From Eledone cirrhosa (taxonomy: Eukaryota), in the NCBI GenBank assembly GCA_964016885.1, contig OZ024741.1, positions 406,658,001 to 406,722,000 of the forward strand: a stretch of 64,000 bases of DNA, written 5' to 3'. This document shows positions 9,767 to 21,794 of the stretch, one piece after another. The notes under the pieces were generated by a model that saw nothing but the letters and a program-made list of their open reading frames with translations, made no database searches and was not told the DNA's origin. Every line of letters starts with the position of its first letter. Position 1 is the first letter of the stretch. The translations under genes and the position numbers were made by a program.

Positions 9767-12700
9767 ATGGAAGGACTACGGAATTCCGGAGAGTTGAAGA
9801 GAGTAGAATCTGGACGCTCAGCGACAATGCCAGAGATAAAGACAAATTCACCTCGTGGACGAGAATGCGAGCATCCCTCTTTGTTTCGGCCGCGGATGGC
9901 TAACATAACCCCATCTCCCCCCGCTCCCCACCGCTCCCACCCTCCAAACGCAATCCAAAACTTCAGAGTTGGTACCATGAATGTAGGCACCTTAAAGGGT
10001 CGCTCTAACGAGGTTGTAGAAATGCTTGAACGTAAGGAGGTCGATGTTTGTTGTATTCAAGAGACCAGGTGGAGGGGTGGGTCTGCTAGATTCATTGTGG
10101 GTAAAAAACGATGCTATAAGCTTTTCTTGTGGGAAATGACAATGGGCTGGGTGGAGTAGGTATTATGGTAGCAGAAAAGTGGGCAGATAAGATAATAGAC
10201 GTAAATAGAGTGAACGACAGAATAATTAAAATAAGACTTGTCCTCAATAGAACTACGGTGACAGTAATATTTGCGTACGCACCCCAATCCGGACTGCCCG
10301 GCACTATAAAAGACAGATTCTATGAGATACTGATGCTCACTACCTCCCAAATAACCGACAGTGACTATATAATTATTGCAGGCGACCTAAATTGTCACGT
10401 TGGACAACATTGTGACGGCTACGACGAAATCCATGGAGGCTATGGGTTTGGTACTAGAAATGAGGAAGGCTCCAGAATCCTGGAATTCTGTGACGCAAAT
10501 AACCTAACTATCTGTAACACTAACTTCAAAAAACGTGACAATCACCTGATCCCCTATAGATCGGGGGAACACACAAGCCAGGTAGATTATATCCTTACCA
10601 GAAGACGTGACAGAGTGTCTGTTGTAAACACTAAATCCCTCCCCCATAGACTGATAATTAGCGACCTAATAGTCAGGACGAGACGTACTAGGCAACAGAA
10701 GAGGACTATCCTCAGGAGAAAAATATGGAAGCTAAAGCATCCCCACAGCCAGAAATAAATTCAAAAGTATACTACTTGATGCTTTCGACAGTAAGGAAGA
10801 GCAATTAGAGTCGTACAATATAGAGGAGCAGTGGGAATTCCTGAAAGCAAACCTGCTGATGGCGGCAGACGAAGTCTGTGGCTGGAGCAGGCCTGTAGGC
10901 AGGAGGAGAGTAACATGGTGGTGGAACAGTAAGGTGGAGGGGTCAATTAAGGCCAAAAAGCAGGCTTGGAAAGTATGGCGGGATGGGGGAAGCAGAGAAG
11001 ACTATCAAGTGGCCAGGAGGGAAGCTAGGAGACAAGTGTACTTCGCAAGAAGGGAAGCAGAGGAAAGAAGGTTCAAGCATGTTCTACAACGCGAGGACCA
11101 AAAACGTGAGGTGTTCAGGATTGCTAGGCAATGTGTCAAGGAAAACCGTGATATTGTCGGGGAGAAGTGTGTACTTAATGATGACGGCGTACTTGCCATC
11201 ACCGACGCTGATAAGAAGGTAGCTTGGAAGTGTCACTATGAAAGGCTACTAAATGAGGAGAATAAATGGGAGAAAGACAGTCTCCCCCACATCGACCCAA
11301 TAGAGGGACCAGCAGTGTTAGTCGAGGGTAGTATAATAAGTAAGGCAATCAAAGATATGAAGACGGGTAAGGCGGCTGGGCCTTCGGAAATAGTTGCCGA
11401 GATGCTGAAGGCATCTGGTACGGTGGGACACACCATGGTCACCCGGATAGTCAACCAAGTCGTACAGAATGGGGTTGTTCCGAAGGACTGGCGTAGCAGC
11501 ATCATCGTTAACTGTTATAAGGGTAAAGGAGATGCCCTAGATAGGAGTAACTATAGAGGCATTAAATTAATCGACCAGGTCATAAAGGTCACGGAAAAAG
11601 TAATAGCGCAACTAATCAGAGAGAGAATTGATCTAGATGAAATGCAGTTCGGGTTTGTGTCAGGCAAAAGTACAACAGACGCTCTTTTCATTGTACGACA
11701 ACTACAGGAGAGGTACCTAGGTAAAAGTAAACCCCTATACTTAGCTTTTGTCGACTTGGAGAAAGCCTTCGACAGAGTCCCCCGTTCCATTATCTGGTGG
11801 GCTCTTAGAAAACTAGGTGTTGACGAATGGCTTGTGAGAGCTATACAAGCCATGTATAAAGAAACAGTCAGCAAGGTTAGAATTAACAACAAATATAGTG
11901 AAGAGTTTAGCGTAAAAGTTGGCGTCCACCAGGGCTCTGTTCTCAGCCCCCTACTATTTATTATTGCCCTTCAGGCTGTAACAGAGGAGTTCAAGACCGG
12001 TTGCCCATGGGAACTCCTATACGCAGATGACCTAACACTCATAGCTGAATCAATGGCCGAGCTAGAGAAGAAATTCCAAATATGGAAGCACGGCCTAGAA
12101 TCAAAAGGCCTTAAAATTAACCTGGCTAAGACTAAAGTTCTAGTTTGTAAGAAAGAAAATAAGGCGGCGGTCCCTTCCGGGAAGTGACCATGCTCAGTGT
12201 GTAGGAAATGCGTGGGTATAAACTCCATTTTGTGTCCCAAATGCAAAGTATGGGTGCATAAAAGATGTAGTGGGATCACAGGTAAGCTAACTAAGAACAT
12301 AGATTTTACATGTGGCCGGTGCTCTGGTGCAATAAGTAGCAGCAAGTGCCCACAAAATACTAGCTCTTTCAACTGCGCAGAGGGTTCTATAGAAATAGTG
12401 GACAGCTTCCGTTACCTGGGTGACAAAATCAGCAGTGGGGGAGGGTGCTCTGAAAGTACAGTAGCTAGAGTCAGAACTGGATGGAAAAAGTTCAGAGAGC
12501 TTATACCACTATTAGCCGCTAAAGGGTTCTCCCTAAAAATGAAAGGCAGGTTGAACGATGCCTGCATACGAACAGCAATGTTGCATGGCAGTGAGACCTG
12601 GGCAGTGAGACCTGGGCAGTGTATGCAGAGGATATACGCAGACTAGAGAGAAACGAAGCTTGCATGCTCCGCTGGATGTGTAATAGTAATATACGTGAAC

Positions 12701-12990
12701 GGCAAAGCATAAACGAACTAAGGGAAAAATTAGAAATAAGAGGGATCAGATGTTGTTTACTCGAGAGAAGGCTACGTTGGTATGGTCACGTGATGCGCAT
12801 GAAGGACGATAGCTGTATAACAAAGTGCAGGGCAATAAAGATAGACGGTAGCCACGGAATAGGCAGACCCAGAAAAACCTGGGACGAGCTGATAAATTCC
12901 GACCTCACACACTTACACCTCACCAAGACAATGTCGCTGTACCGAGACCTTTGGCGGTACTCAGTCATAGAGAAGACCCGCCTTACCTAA
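9767..12990 (+). pseudogene. RTE ORF broken into five pieces
   Basis: Frameshifts near 10130 and 10750, TGA at 12185-12187, and a short tandem duplication (CAGTGAGACCTGGG) near 12590-12620. Confidence 0.88.
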
Positions 12991-13386
12991 ATACAAAGTA
13001 AAACCTACTACAGTCAGTAGGCATCTCTAACAAAATACACCCCCGTCCCACCACCCACCACCCCATCCACACCGCCCCTTTCAATGTAAAGTTATGTTGG
13101 TGCCACACCATCCAGGCCGAAACAAATGAGATCGTGTAGGTGTCACGTCAAAAAAACACAAGTTCACGCTGTAATGTGACCGTGTAGGCAACACGGTAAA
13201 AACCTCCCAGACCCACACTGTAAATGTGGTTGGTGTTAGGAAGGGCATCCAGCTGTAGAAAACCCGCCAGACAGTCCTATGCGAGCAAGAAAATCACTCT
13301 TGCCTCAAGTGGGAAAACCCCCGTCCAAACCCATGCAAGCGTGGAACACGGACGTTAAACGATGATGATGATGATGATGATGATGA
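9767..13386 (+). mobile_element. RTE-clade (BovB-like) LINE, near full length, disrupted; (GAT)n tail. 5' boundary uncertain and may extend further upstream.
   Basis: EN motifs: GTMNVGTL, CIQETRW, AYAPQ, AGDLN, SQVDY. RT motifs: KGKGD..NYRGI, QFGF, DLEKAFD, HQGSVLSP, YADD. C-terminal RRLRWYGHV and GRPRKTW. Ends GGACGTTAAAC(GAT)n. Confidence 0.92.
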
Positions 13387-13390
13387 TATA

Positions 13391-13422
<32 letters not shown>

Positions 13423-13511
13423 TATATATAATATACGATATTAAATAAATGGAAACTATATTTATAAAACCATATTTATTTCATTATATATATTTCAGGG
13501 ATATCATATTA

Positions 13512-13866
<355 letters not shown>

Positions 13867-13870
<4 letters not shown>

Positions 13871-14030
13871 AAGTTGGTAAATTGACAGCATCGTTAGAAT
13901 GTCAAATAAATGATGTGTGGTATGTGTTCCGGCTTTCTGCTCTCTGAGTTCAAATCCCGTTGAGGTCAATGTTGCCTTTCATCCATTTGAGGTCGATAGA
14001 AAAAGTACGATTGAAGTACTTCAGTCAATT
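13867..14030 (+). mobile_element. tRNA-derived SINE (octopus OR-like), degenerate
   Basis: A-box-like head, B box GAGTTCAAATCC, and GCCTTTCATCC..GGTCGAT body shared with the copies at 51.4-54.2 kb. Confidence 0.75.
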
Positions 14031-14385
14031 CTTCCTCGATATTCTTTCTCACTTCTATTCTTTTACTCCCTACCTTTCTCTGAAAGAAATCTACTGGCTT
14101 CAGACAGACAGAGAAGATGTGCTCCGCCAGACTTAAATGTACAGAGAGACGCTGTCAACACTTACTACTTCTTCAGACAACGCATGCATATATAAAAGAG
14201 GGTCGGCTAAAAGTTTATAGGCTGACTATAAAGGATTAATGCTAGAGCTGTGAAATATTGCATGCATCAGTTGGCATTAATGATGTGAGAATCATATATT
14301 ATTCTTTTATCAACCTTAGAAAGACAAAACATCGCCAATTTGACCAGAGCAGGATTTCAATACAGATTGATAACAGAGTACACTA

Positions 14386-14725
14386 CGAGGGTACACTGAA
14401 AGGTACATAGGATGACTATGAAGGAGTGTTGCTAGAGCTGTGAAATCTTGCATGCATTAATTTCAACCTTTTTTTATTAAATACTGTATTGTTTCTTTCC
14501 AAGGACTATGTTGATAAATAAACCTCATTTGGTCATTCCATGAGAGTATCTTGGTACGACTATGAAGGAGTGATGCTAGAGCTGTGAAATCTTGCATGCA
14601 TTCATTTCAACTCTTCGTATTAATAACTGCATTGTTTCTTTCCAGGGACTATGTTGAAAAATAAACTTCATTTGGTCATTCCATGAGAGTATCGTAGTCA
14701 GCCTATCAACTTTTCAGCACACTCG
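14386..14725. mobile_element. Tc1/mariner-type MITE
   Basis: TA|CGAGGGTACACTGAAAGG...GACTA pairs imperfectly with TAGTCAGCCTATCAACTTTTCAGCACACTCG|TA. Internal ~140-bp direct repeat. A further end fragment lies at ~14197-14270. Confidence 0.75.
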
Positions 14726-14834
14726 TATATCGTCATTGAGATATTCCTTTCTGGTAATTATATCCTATAAGCTTAGTTCTCTACTCTCCTTTAAGAACTG
14801 ATAATATAGTTCTAACTTTGATATATATATACTT

Positions 14835-14963
14835 ATATTTAATATAGAAAGGTTTCTACAGGACTAGAACTGTTTCATTCGGGAGAAATCGTCAGGTGCT
14901 TCCTGATGATTTCTCCCAAATGAAACAGTTCTAGTCCTGTAGAAGCCTTTCTATATTAAATAT
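14835..14963. repeat. Fold-back of two inverted hammerhead motifs
   Basis: ~60-bp inverted arms around a short spacer. Confidence 0.85.
14898..14946 (+). ncRNA. Type I hammerhead ribozyme
   Basis: Stem I GCTTC/GAAGC; CTGATGA at 14903-14909; short stem II; GAAA; stem III CAG/CTG; GUA cleavage triplet after 14941. Confidence 0.7.
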
Positions 14964-15334
14964 TTATACTCTGCTATGTATTGAGTACCTTACTTACTGT
15001 GGTTACTCCCGATTGAACCCGGGATAAACTTATACACACACACACAATATATATATATTACGGTGAATTTAGTATAACGTATATATATTTGGCGATAGTT
15101 CAGTTTCACACTACAAGTAACAGTTTACCATTTTGAACGTTTCTTAAACTTTTATAATACAAAGTCTAATGAAATAAAGACAAGATGGTCTTGTTAGAAG
15201 CAGAGTAATTTCTTTTCAGTTTCTTAAGTGAATTATATCACAAAAAATAACACATTGAAACAACTGGTAGCAGGTTTTGCCATAGCAATTATTATATTAA
15301 AGACATTAAAGATATGAAAGATATATTGTTCAAA

Positions 15335-16743
15335 TATAACTAGGGGAATTATAGTTGATACTCGACCACAGCTAGGACCAATATAGCTAGGAGACTTCTA
15401 GTTGATACTCGACCACAAGGCTCAATATAGCTAGGGGAAGTCTAGTTGATACTCGACCAAAGCTAGGATCAATATAGCTCGAGGAATTCTAGATGATACT
15501 CGACCACAGCTAGGCTCAATATAGCTAGGGGAATTGTAATTGTTACTCGAGCACAAGTAGGCTCAATATAGCTAGGGGAATTGTAGTTGATACTCGAGCA
15601 CAGCTAGGCTCAATATAGCTAGGGGAAGTCTAGTTGATACTCTACCACAGCTAGGCTCAATATAGCTAGGGGGATTCTGGTTGATACTCTACCACAGCTA
15701 GGCTCAACATGCCTAAGAGAATTGTAGTTGATACTCGACCACAGCTAGGCTCAAAATACTTGGGGGAAGTCTAGTTGAAACTCGACCACAGCTAGGCTCA
15801 ATATAGCTAGGGGAATTGTAGTTGATATTCGACCACATCTAAGCTCAATATAGCTAGGGGAAATGTAGTTGATACTCGACCACATCTAGGCTCAATATAC
15901 CTAGAAAAATTGTAGTTGATGCTCGAGCACAGCTAGGCTCAATATAGCTAGCGGAAGTTTAGTTGATACTCGATCACAGCTAGGACCAATATAGCTAAGG
16001 GAATTCTAGTTGATATTCGAGCACAGCTAGGCTCAATATAGCTAGGAGAATTGTAGTTGATACTCGACCACAGCTAGGCTCAATATAGCTAGGAGAATTG
16101 TAGTTGATACTCGAGCACAGCTAGGATCAATATATCTAGGAGAATTGTAGTTGATACTCGAGCACAACTAGGCTCAATATAGCTCGGGGAAGTCTAGCTG
16201 ATACTCGATCACAGCTAGGATCAATATAGCTAGGGGAATTGTAGTTGATACTCGAGCACAGCTAGGATCAATGTACCTAGGAGAATTGTAGTTGATACTC
16301 GAGGACAACTAGGCTCAATATAGCTCGGGGAAGTCTAGCTGATACTCGATCACAGCTAGGATCAATATAGCTAGGGGAAGTCTAGTTGATACTCGATCAC
16401 AGCTAGGATCAATATAGCTAGGGGAATTGTAGTTGATACTCGACCACATCTAGGACCAATATAGCTAGGGGAAGTCTAGTTGATACTCGATCACAGCTAG
16501 GACCAATATAGCTAGGGGAATTGTAGTTGATACTCGATCACATCTAGGCTCAATATAGCTAGGGGAATTGTAGTTGATACTCTACCACAGCTAGGCTCAA
16601 TATAGCTAGGGGAATTGTAGTTGATACTCGACCACAGCTAGGCTCAATATAGCTAGGGGAATTGTAGTTGATACTCGACCACAGCTAGGCTCAATATAGC
16701 TAGGGGAATTGTAGTTGATACTCGACCACAGCTAGGCTCAATA
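15335..16743. repeat. 47-bp minisatellite, ~30 copies
   Basis: Unit GCTAGGGGAATTGTAGTTGATACTCGACCACAGCTAGGCTCAATATA. Confidence 0.95.
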
Positions 16744-16900
16744 TATGTGTAATTTGTGTTTTAACTGACAATTAATCTGTCTAAACTATAGAAGTCCTAC
16801 AAATAGAAAATATTACAGGAGTTTTCCTGGAAAAACTACTGTGAATCACGCTTTGAGCCCAAAGGTGTTGTGAGTTAGGTTACATATATACACGTACCTA

Positions 16901-16993
<93 letters not shown>

Positions 16994-17238
16994 GTACATA
17001 TACATACATATTTATACTCTGCTTTGTATTGAGTACCTTACTTACTGTCATTACTCCCTATTGATCCCAGGAAAAAAAGAATATATATATATATACATAT
17101 ATTAGAAATTGAGGAGTTTTTTCCAAAATGAAAAATAACCGGTGTCCTACACGAGTGAAAGTATAAAGAAAAAAAGATGAAATCGAAAATGCAACTAGAG
17201 TCTTATTTTTAAAAAATATATATATATTTATTTGGTTC

Positions 17239-17274
17239 CTTTACCGGTTTCGCAGTTCTTCTGCTTTTCAAAAG
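17239..17274 (-). ncRNA. Minimal hammerhead with U3:A8 covariant core
   Basis: Minus strand: CTT-TTGAAAA-GCAG aagaa CTGC-GAAA-CCGG-TA-AAG. Confidence 0.6.
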
Positions 17275-17333
17275 TAGAGTTGAGATGGAGGGTCTGTGGT
17301 TTTTCTCATATCTGTTATATATATATATATATA

Positions 17334-17395
17334 TAGGAAAAGATTCAGGACCCGACGACTGAGCTCCAGCCGTTTCGACAGCTAGATCCGAACTT
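17334..17395 (-). other. Hammerhead 3' half related to the 6872-6987 fold-back
   Basis: Minus strand: GTC-GAAA-CGGCTG gagct CAGTCG-TC-GGGTC...TTTTCCTAT. No CTGANGA upstream. Confidence 0.5.
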
Positions 17396-17418
17396 TGTAT
17401 TTTATATATATATATATG

Positions 17419-17491
<73 letters not shown>

Positions 17492-17579
17492 AAAAGGCAA
17501 ACAGACATAACAAATCAAACAACACACTACAATGAAGAAATATATTATTAGTTTTACGCTTGATTTAGTAGGAAAAGAG

Positions 17580-17615
17580 TCTTGACGTTTCGGACACTAG
17601 TTCTTCATCAGAAAA
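17580..17615 (-). ncRNA. Minimal Penelope-type hammerhead
   Basis: Minus strand: TTTT-CTGATGA-A-GAAC tagt GTCC-GAAACGTC-AAGA. Confidence 0.62.
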
Positions 17616-17835
17616 TACAATGAAATAGAAAGTTTATCGAGACGGGCAAGGCGGAAACGGGAAAAAAAAATAGAGAAAAATAACAGATCCATTCATGTTA
17701 ACATCTTTAGGATAAATATATATATATGCTACTGATGCCTTGAGAAAACAACACCAAATTTCAGCACGGAGCATATAAAAAAAAATAACAGAAGTAAGCT
17801 TTATTCCATCGCTATGTTTTTCTGTTTAAATTCTA

Positions 17836-17894
17836 GCTGTCTGATGAGGTCATAACTGTTACATAACGGTTATCACCGAAATATTTATAACAGC
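17836..17894 (+). ncRNA. Type I hammerhead ribozyme with long stem II
   Basis: Stem I GCTGT/ACAGC; CTGATGA at 17841-17847; stem II GGTcATAACTGTTA/TAACGGTTATcACC; GAAA at 17878-17881; TATTTA-TA. Predicted cleavage after 17889. Confidence 0.8.
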
Positions 17895-17940
17895 AATTAT
17901 GTATAAACGAAGTTAATTTTAACCTGTTTACTTACACTTC

Positions 17941-17985
<45 letters not shown>

Positions 17986-18580
17986 TGTGTGTGTGTGTGT
18001 GTGTGTTTCTCTTCTTCTCTCACATACATAGTAGAGCGATATAGTCCACCAAGTTTTCAATTCGGAAGACATAACACGTGTCACCTTAGCGCCAGAAATT
18101 AAGGTCCCAAGATAGAAATATTTATAATTCTCATGACTATGTTGTTAAATAGCTCACTAGCAATCCTGAGGTATGGGTTTAGATCACACTATGCTGTGTC
18201 TTGAGCAAGTTCCTTGGGTCATCCCAAGGATTATGAGTAAAAGAATGTAGACAACTACTGAATGGAAGCCCGTATCTGTATCTGTTATTCAAAGGTCCGG
18301 TTTTTTTACATATTGTGTGTTACGTTCATACTACTTATACGCCAATTCATGAACCGAAATTCAGTTATCCGAACCAGAGAATGCCCACCGTTGACAAAGA
18401 TGGCACATTCATTATTGAAATTGTAATCAACATTAACAATATTTATAATGAAGATAATCAAAAATGATGACAATGATAATGATGAAGACAGCGATGAAAA
18501 TAACGACGACAATGATGATGATGATGATGATGATGATAAAATCCATAATGGATACTTACCTCATGTGGGTGTAAGAATAT

Positions 18581-18628
<48 letters not shown>

Positions 18629-18914
18629 TATATATAATTATATATATATATACATATATATAATAGTATATCTTCCATAAAGTCCATATTCCATTGTCAA
18701 TATGACCAAAGCTGACAGTTACAGTCTTTTAATACTTCTACCCATTGTAAAATAACTTTCCTTTGGTTTCATTTTTTTTTTCTATTATTAAATTTTCATA
18801 TTTTGTGATTTTGCTTTTTGTTGTTTCATTTTCTCATTAATTTTCTTGATATTTGCAAAAATCTTATATATATATATATATGTGTGTATATATGTATATG
18901 TATATATATATATG

Positions 18915-18945
<31 letters not shown>

Positions 18946-19080
18946 ATGTATGTATGTATATATATACGTGTGTGTGTGTGTGTATGTTTGAGTATGTGTA
19001 TGTGTAAGTATATATATATGTATGCGTGTGTGTGTGCGTGTGTATGTGTGTGTGTCTGTGTGTAAGTATATATTTATATA

Positions 19081-19117
<37 letters not shown>

Positions 19118-19207
19118 TGGTCCTTTTATTATGATTTTATGATTCCCCCACTGTCCCTGTCTTTGTATTGTTCCCTACATATCGGCCCTTGTGGCTAATA
19201 AAAGAAA
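19118..19207 (+). mobile_element. Short 3'-end fragment of a related Tx1-like LINE
   Basis: ...CTTTGTATTGTTCCC...GCCCTTGTGGCTAATAAAAGAAA resembles the 3' ends at 1744 and 5631. Followed by (TTA)n. Confidence 0.6.
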
Positions 19208-19294
19208 TTATTATTATTATTATTATTATTATATATTATCAATATTCTTATTATGTTGAACTTCATTGAAATAATCTAATTATGTTAGATTATG

Positions 19295-19558
19295 TTAGAA
19301 AGTTGTTGTTGAAGGGTCGGGTGGCCTGCGAGCAATACGCTCCGGGTATTCGTGGTTCCAAAAGGAAATATAGTATACTGCAAGAATGAAGGCTGGTAGA
19401 GACACGGAGCAAATGTAGGCGATGACAGTGGCGAGCCTGGTCATCGTCCGTTTTGTCTTGGCTGAAATCTTTTCTTCAAATTTCAAAGTGACCACAGTGT
19501 CTGTCAAGTAGTGAGAAGTTGCCGACATATCGTGTTGGTCGTCTTTGTCGTCGTCCAT
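19295..19558 (-). CDS. InaF-motif small single-pass membrane protein (87 aa)
   Basis: MDDDKDD...TRLATVIAYICSVSLPAFILAVYYISFW matches my recollection of the InaF motif consensus (RLATV.AY..SVS..A..LA.YY...W). Unique non-repetitive sequence with intact ATG and TAA. Confidence 0.8.
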   Translation of the reverse strand: MDDDKDDQHDMSATSHYLTDTVVTLKFEEKISAKTKRTMTRLATVIAYICSVSLPAFILAVYYISFWNHEYPERIARRPPDPSTTTF

Positions 19559-19720
19559 GTCTTTCTTTCGTGTTGCTGTCGTTGTTGTGCTGGTTGCTGT
19601 TGTTTTGTACAGGTTGAGTTTTACAGGTGGTAGGCAGGGGAAAAAGAAGAAGAAAGCTTTTTTAAAGTACTTAATGAGGAAAGGAAGAGTTAGGTAACAA
19701 GATAGCAGATAGATTTGTAC

Positions 19721-19736
19721 TGTAGTAGTAGTAGTG

Positions 19737-19798
<62 letters not shown>

Positions 19799-19802
19799 TG
19801 TG

Positions 19803-19854
<52 letters not shown>

Positions 19855-19913
19855 CTGTGGTAGTAGTAGTAGTAGTGGTGGTTGTGGTAGTAGTAGTAGT
19901 AGTAGTGGTAGTG

Positions 19914-19960
<47 letters not shown>

Positions 19961-19964
19961 TGTG

Positions 19965-20037
<73 letters not shown>

Positions 20038-20069
20038 CTGTGGTAGTAGTAGTAGTAGTAGTAGTGGTT

Positions 20070-20105
<36 letters not shown>

Positions 20106-20144
20106 ATAGTAGTGTTGGTGGTAGTAGTAGTAGTAGTGGTTGTG

Positions 20145-20184
<40 letters not shown>

Positions 20185-20240
20185 TAGTAGTAGTGGTGGT
20201 TGTGGTAGTAGTAGTAGTAGTAGTAGTGGTAGTGGTTGTG

Positions 20241-20279
<39 letters not shown>

Positions 20280-20321
20280 CTAATAGTAGTGTTGGTGGTA
20301 GTAGTAGTAGTAGTGGTTGTG

Positions 20322-20362
<41 letters not shown>

Positions 20363-20366
20363 TGTG

Positions 20367-20422
<56 letters not shown>

Positions 20423-20426
20423 TGTG

Positions 20427-20482
<56 letters not shown>

Positions 20483-20504
20483 TGTGGTAGTAGTAGTGGT
20501 TGTG

Positions 20505-20549
<45 letters not shown>

Positions 20550-20586
20550 CTAATAGTAGTGTTGGTGGTAGTAGTAGTAGTAGCAG
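19721..20586. repeat. (GTA)n microsatellite with GGTTGTG interruptions
   Basis: Direct. Confidence 0.95.
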
Positions 20587-21046
20587 TCAAGTTCGGTGTA
20601 GTATCGTTACAACCCACATCAATCTTTTGAGTCCTTCAACCTTTGTTTTCTTTTCTCACGTAAATAAGAGACGATAGGGATGAGTTTATAATGAGGGATG
20701 TAAACACCGTAAGGTATGTTGTATAGTGAAGGGTCTATAGAGATAGTTTACGTGGAATGAGGGAGGTAACTGCAACGGGTGTATACAAATAGCTCACATT
20801 GAATGTGTGCGGTAACAGCGTAGTGTGTATATATATATAGAGAGAGAGAGGGAGAGCGAGAGAGAGAGAGTGTGTGTGTGTGTGTTAGTGTGAGGGAGAG
20901 AAAGAGAAAAAGAGAGAGTGAGTTAGAGAGGGAGCGAGAGAGTTAGAGGAAGAGAGAGAGAGAGTGTGTGTGTGTGTTAGCGTGAGGGAGAGAGAGAGAG
21001 AAAGGGAGAGTGAGTTAGAGAGAGAGAGAGTTAGAGAGGGAGGGAG

Positions 21047-21089
<43 letters not shown>

Positions 21090-21794
21090 GTGAGAGAGAC
21101 AGTGAGAGAGAGAGTCACATAGAATGTAAGGTATAAGCAAAAGATGTAAATAAATACTTCACGTAGACTGGGGTAACAATGAAAGATATAAAAAAAAATT
21201 AGCGTTAAGTGGGGTAACAGTGTAAGGTATAGAAACTTAGCCTCGAACTTGTGGGGTAACAACAATGGGTGAATAACTTAAGGTTAAGTGGGGTAACAGT
21301 GTAGGGTATAGAAACTTAGCTTCCAACCTGTGAGGTGAATAACTTAAGGTTTAGTGGGGCAACAGTGTAGGGTATTAACCTGGATGACTGGGGTAAATAT
21401 AAAGGCTGTAAAATAGTATAAAGTCAGTGGGGTAACAAGGAACGTTGTAAATATTATTCTATATAATGGTGGTGCCCCAGCATGGCACCAGTCTCTCGGC
21501 TGGAACACATAATAGAATAGCAGAGATTCAACAAATCTGGCGAAAACAGTTTCTATGTGGTGGCTGTTCTGCTAGATATAACAGCCAAATTCACTCACAT
21601 CACACCCTACTGCTTTTTGGGGCTCTTATTTTTAATAAAAACCATTTGATAACGTAGTGGAAGACACTCCTAAAATGATAGGTGATGGTCACCACACGAC
21701 TGGACTATTTTAAATATCGATCTGAGCAGACTTGGATCTAGAATAACAACAACAATCTAAAGAACGAAGAAAAGTAAAATTAGAGAGAAATAAT

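Noticed and set aside
18552-18561. ATACTTACCT matching the U1 snRNA 5' end
   Set aside because: Only 10 nt, with no U1 body. Better read as an antisense splice donor or a chance match.
19559-20617. Poly-Thr mucin-like N-terminus fused to the InaF ORF
   Set aside because: Translation of an (ACT)n microsatellite; all frames give homopolymers.
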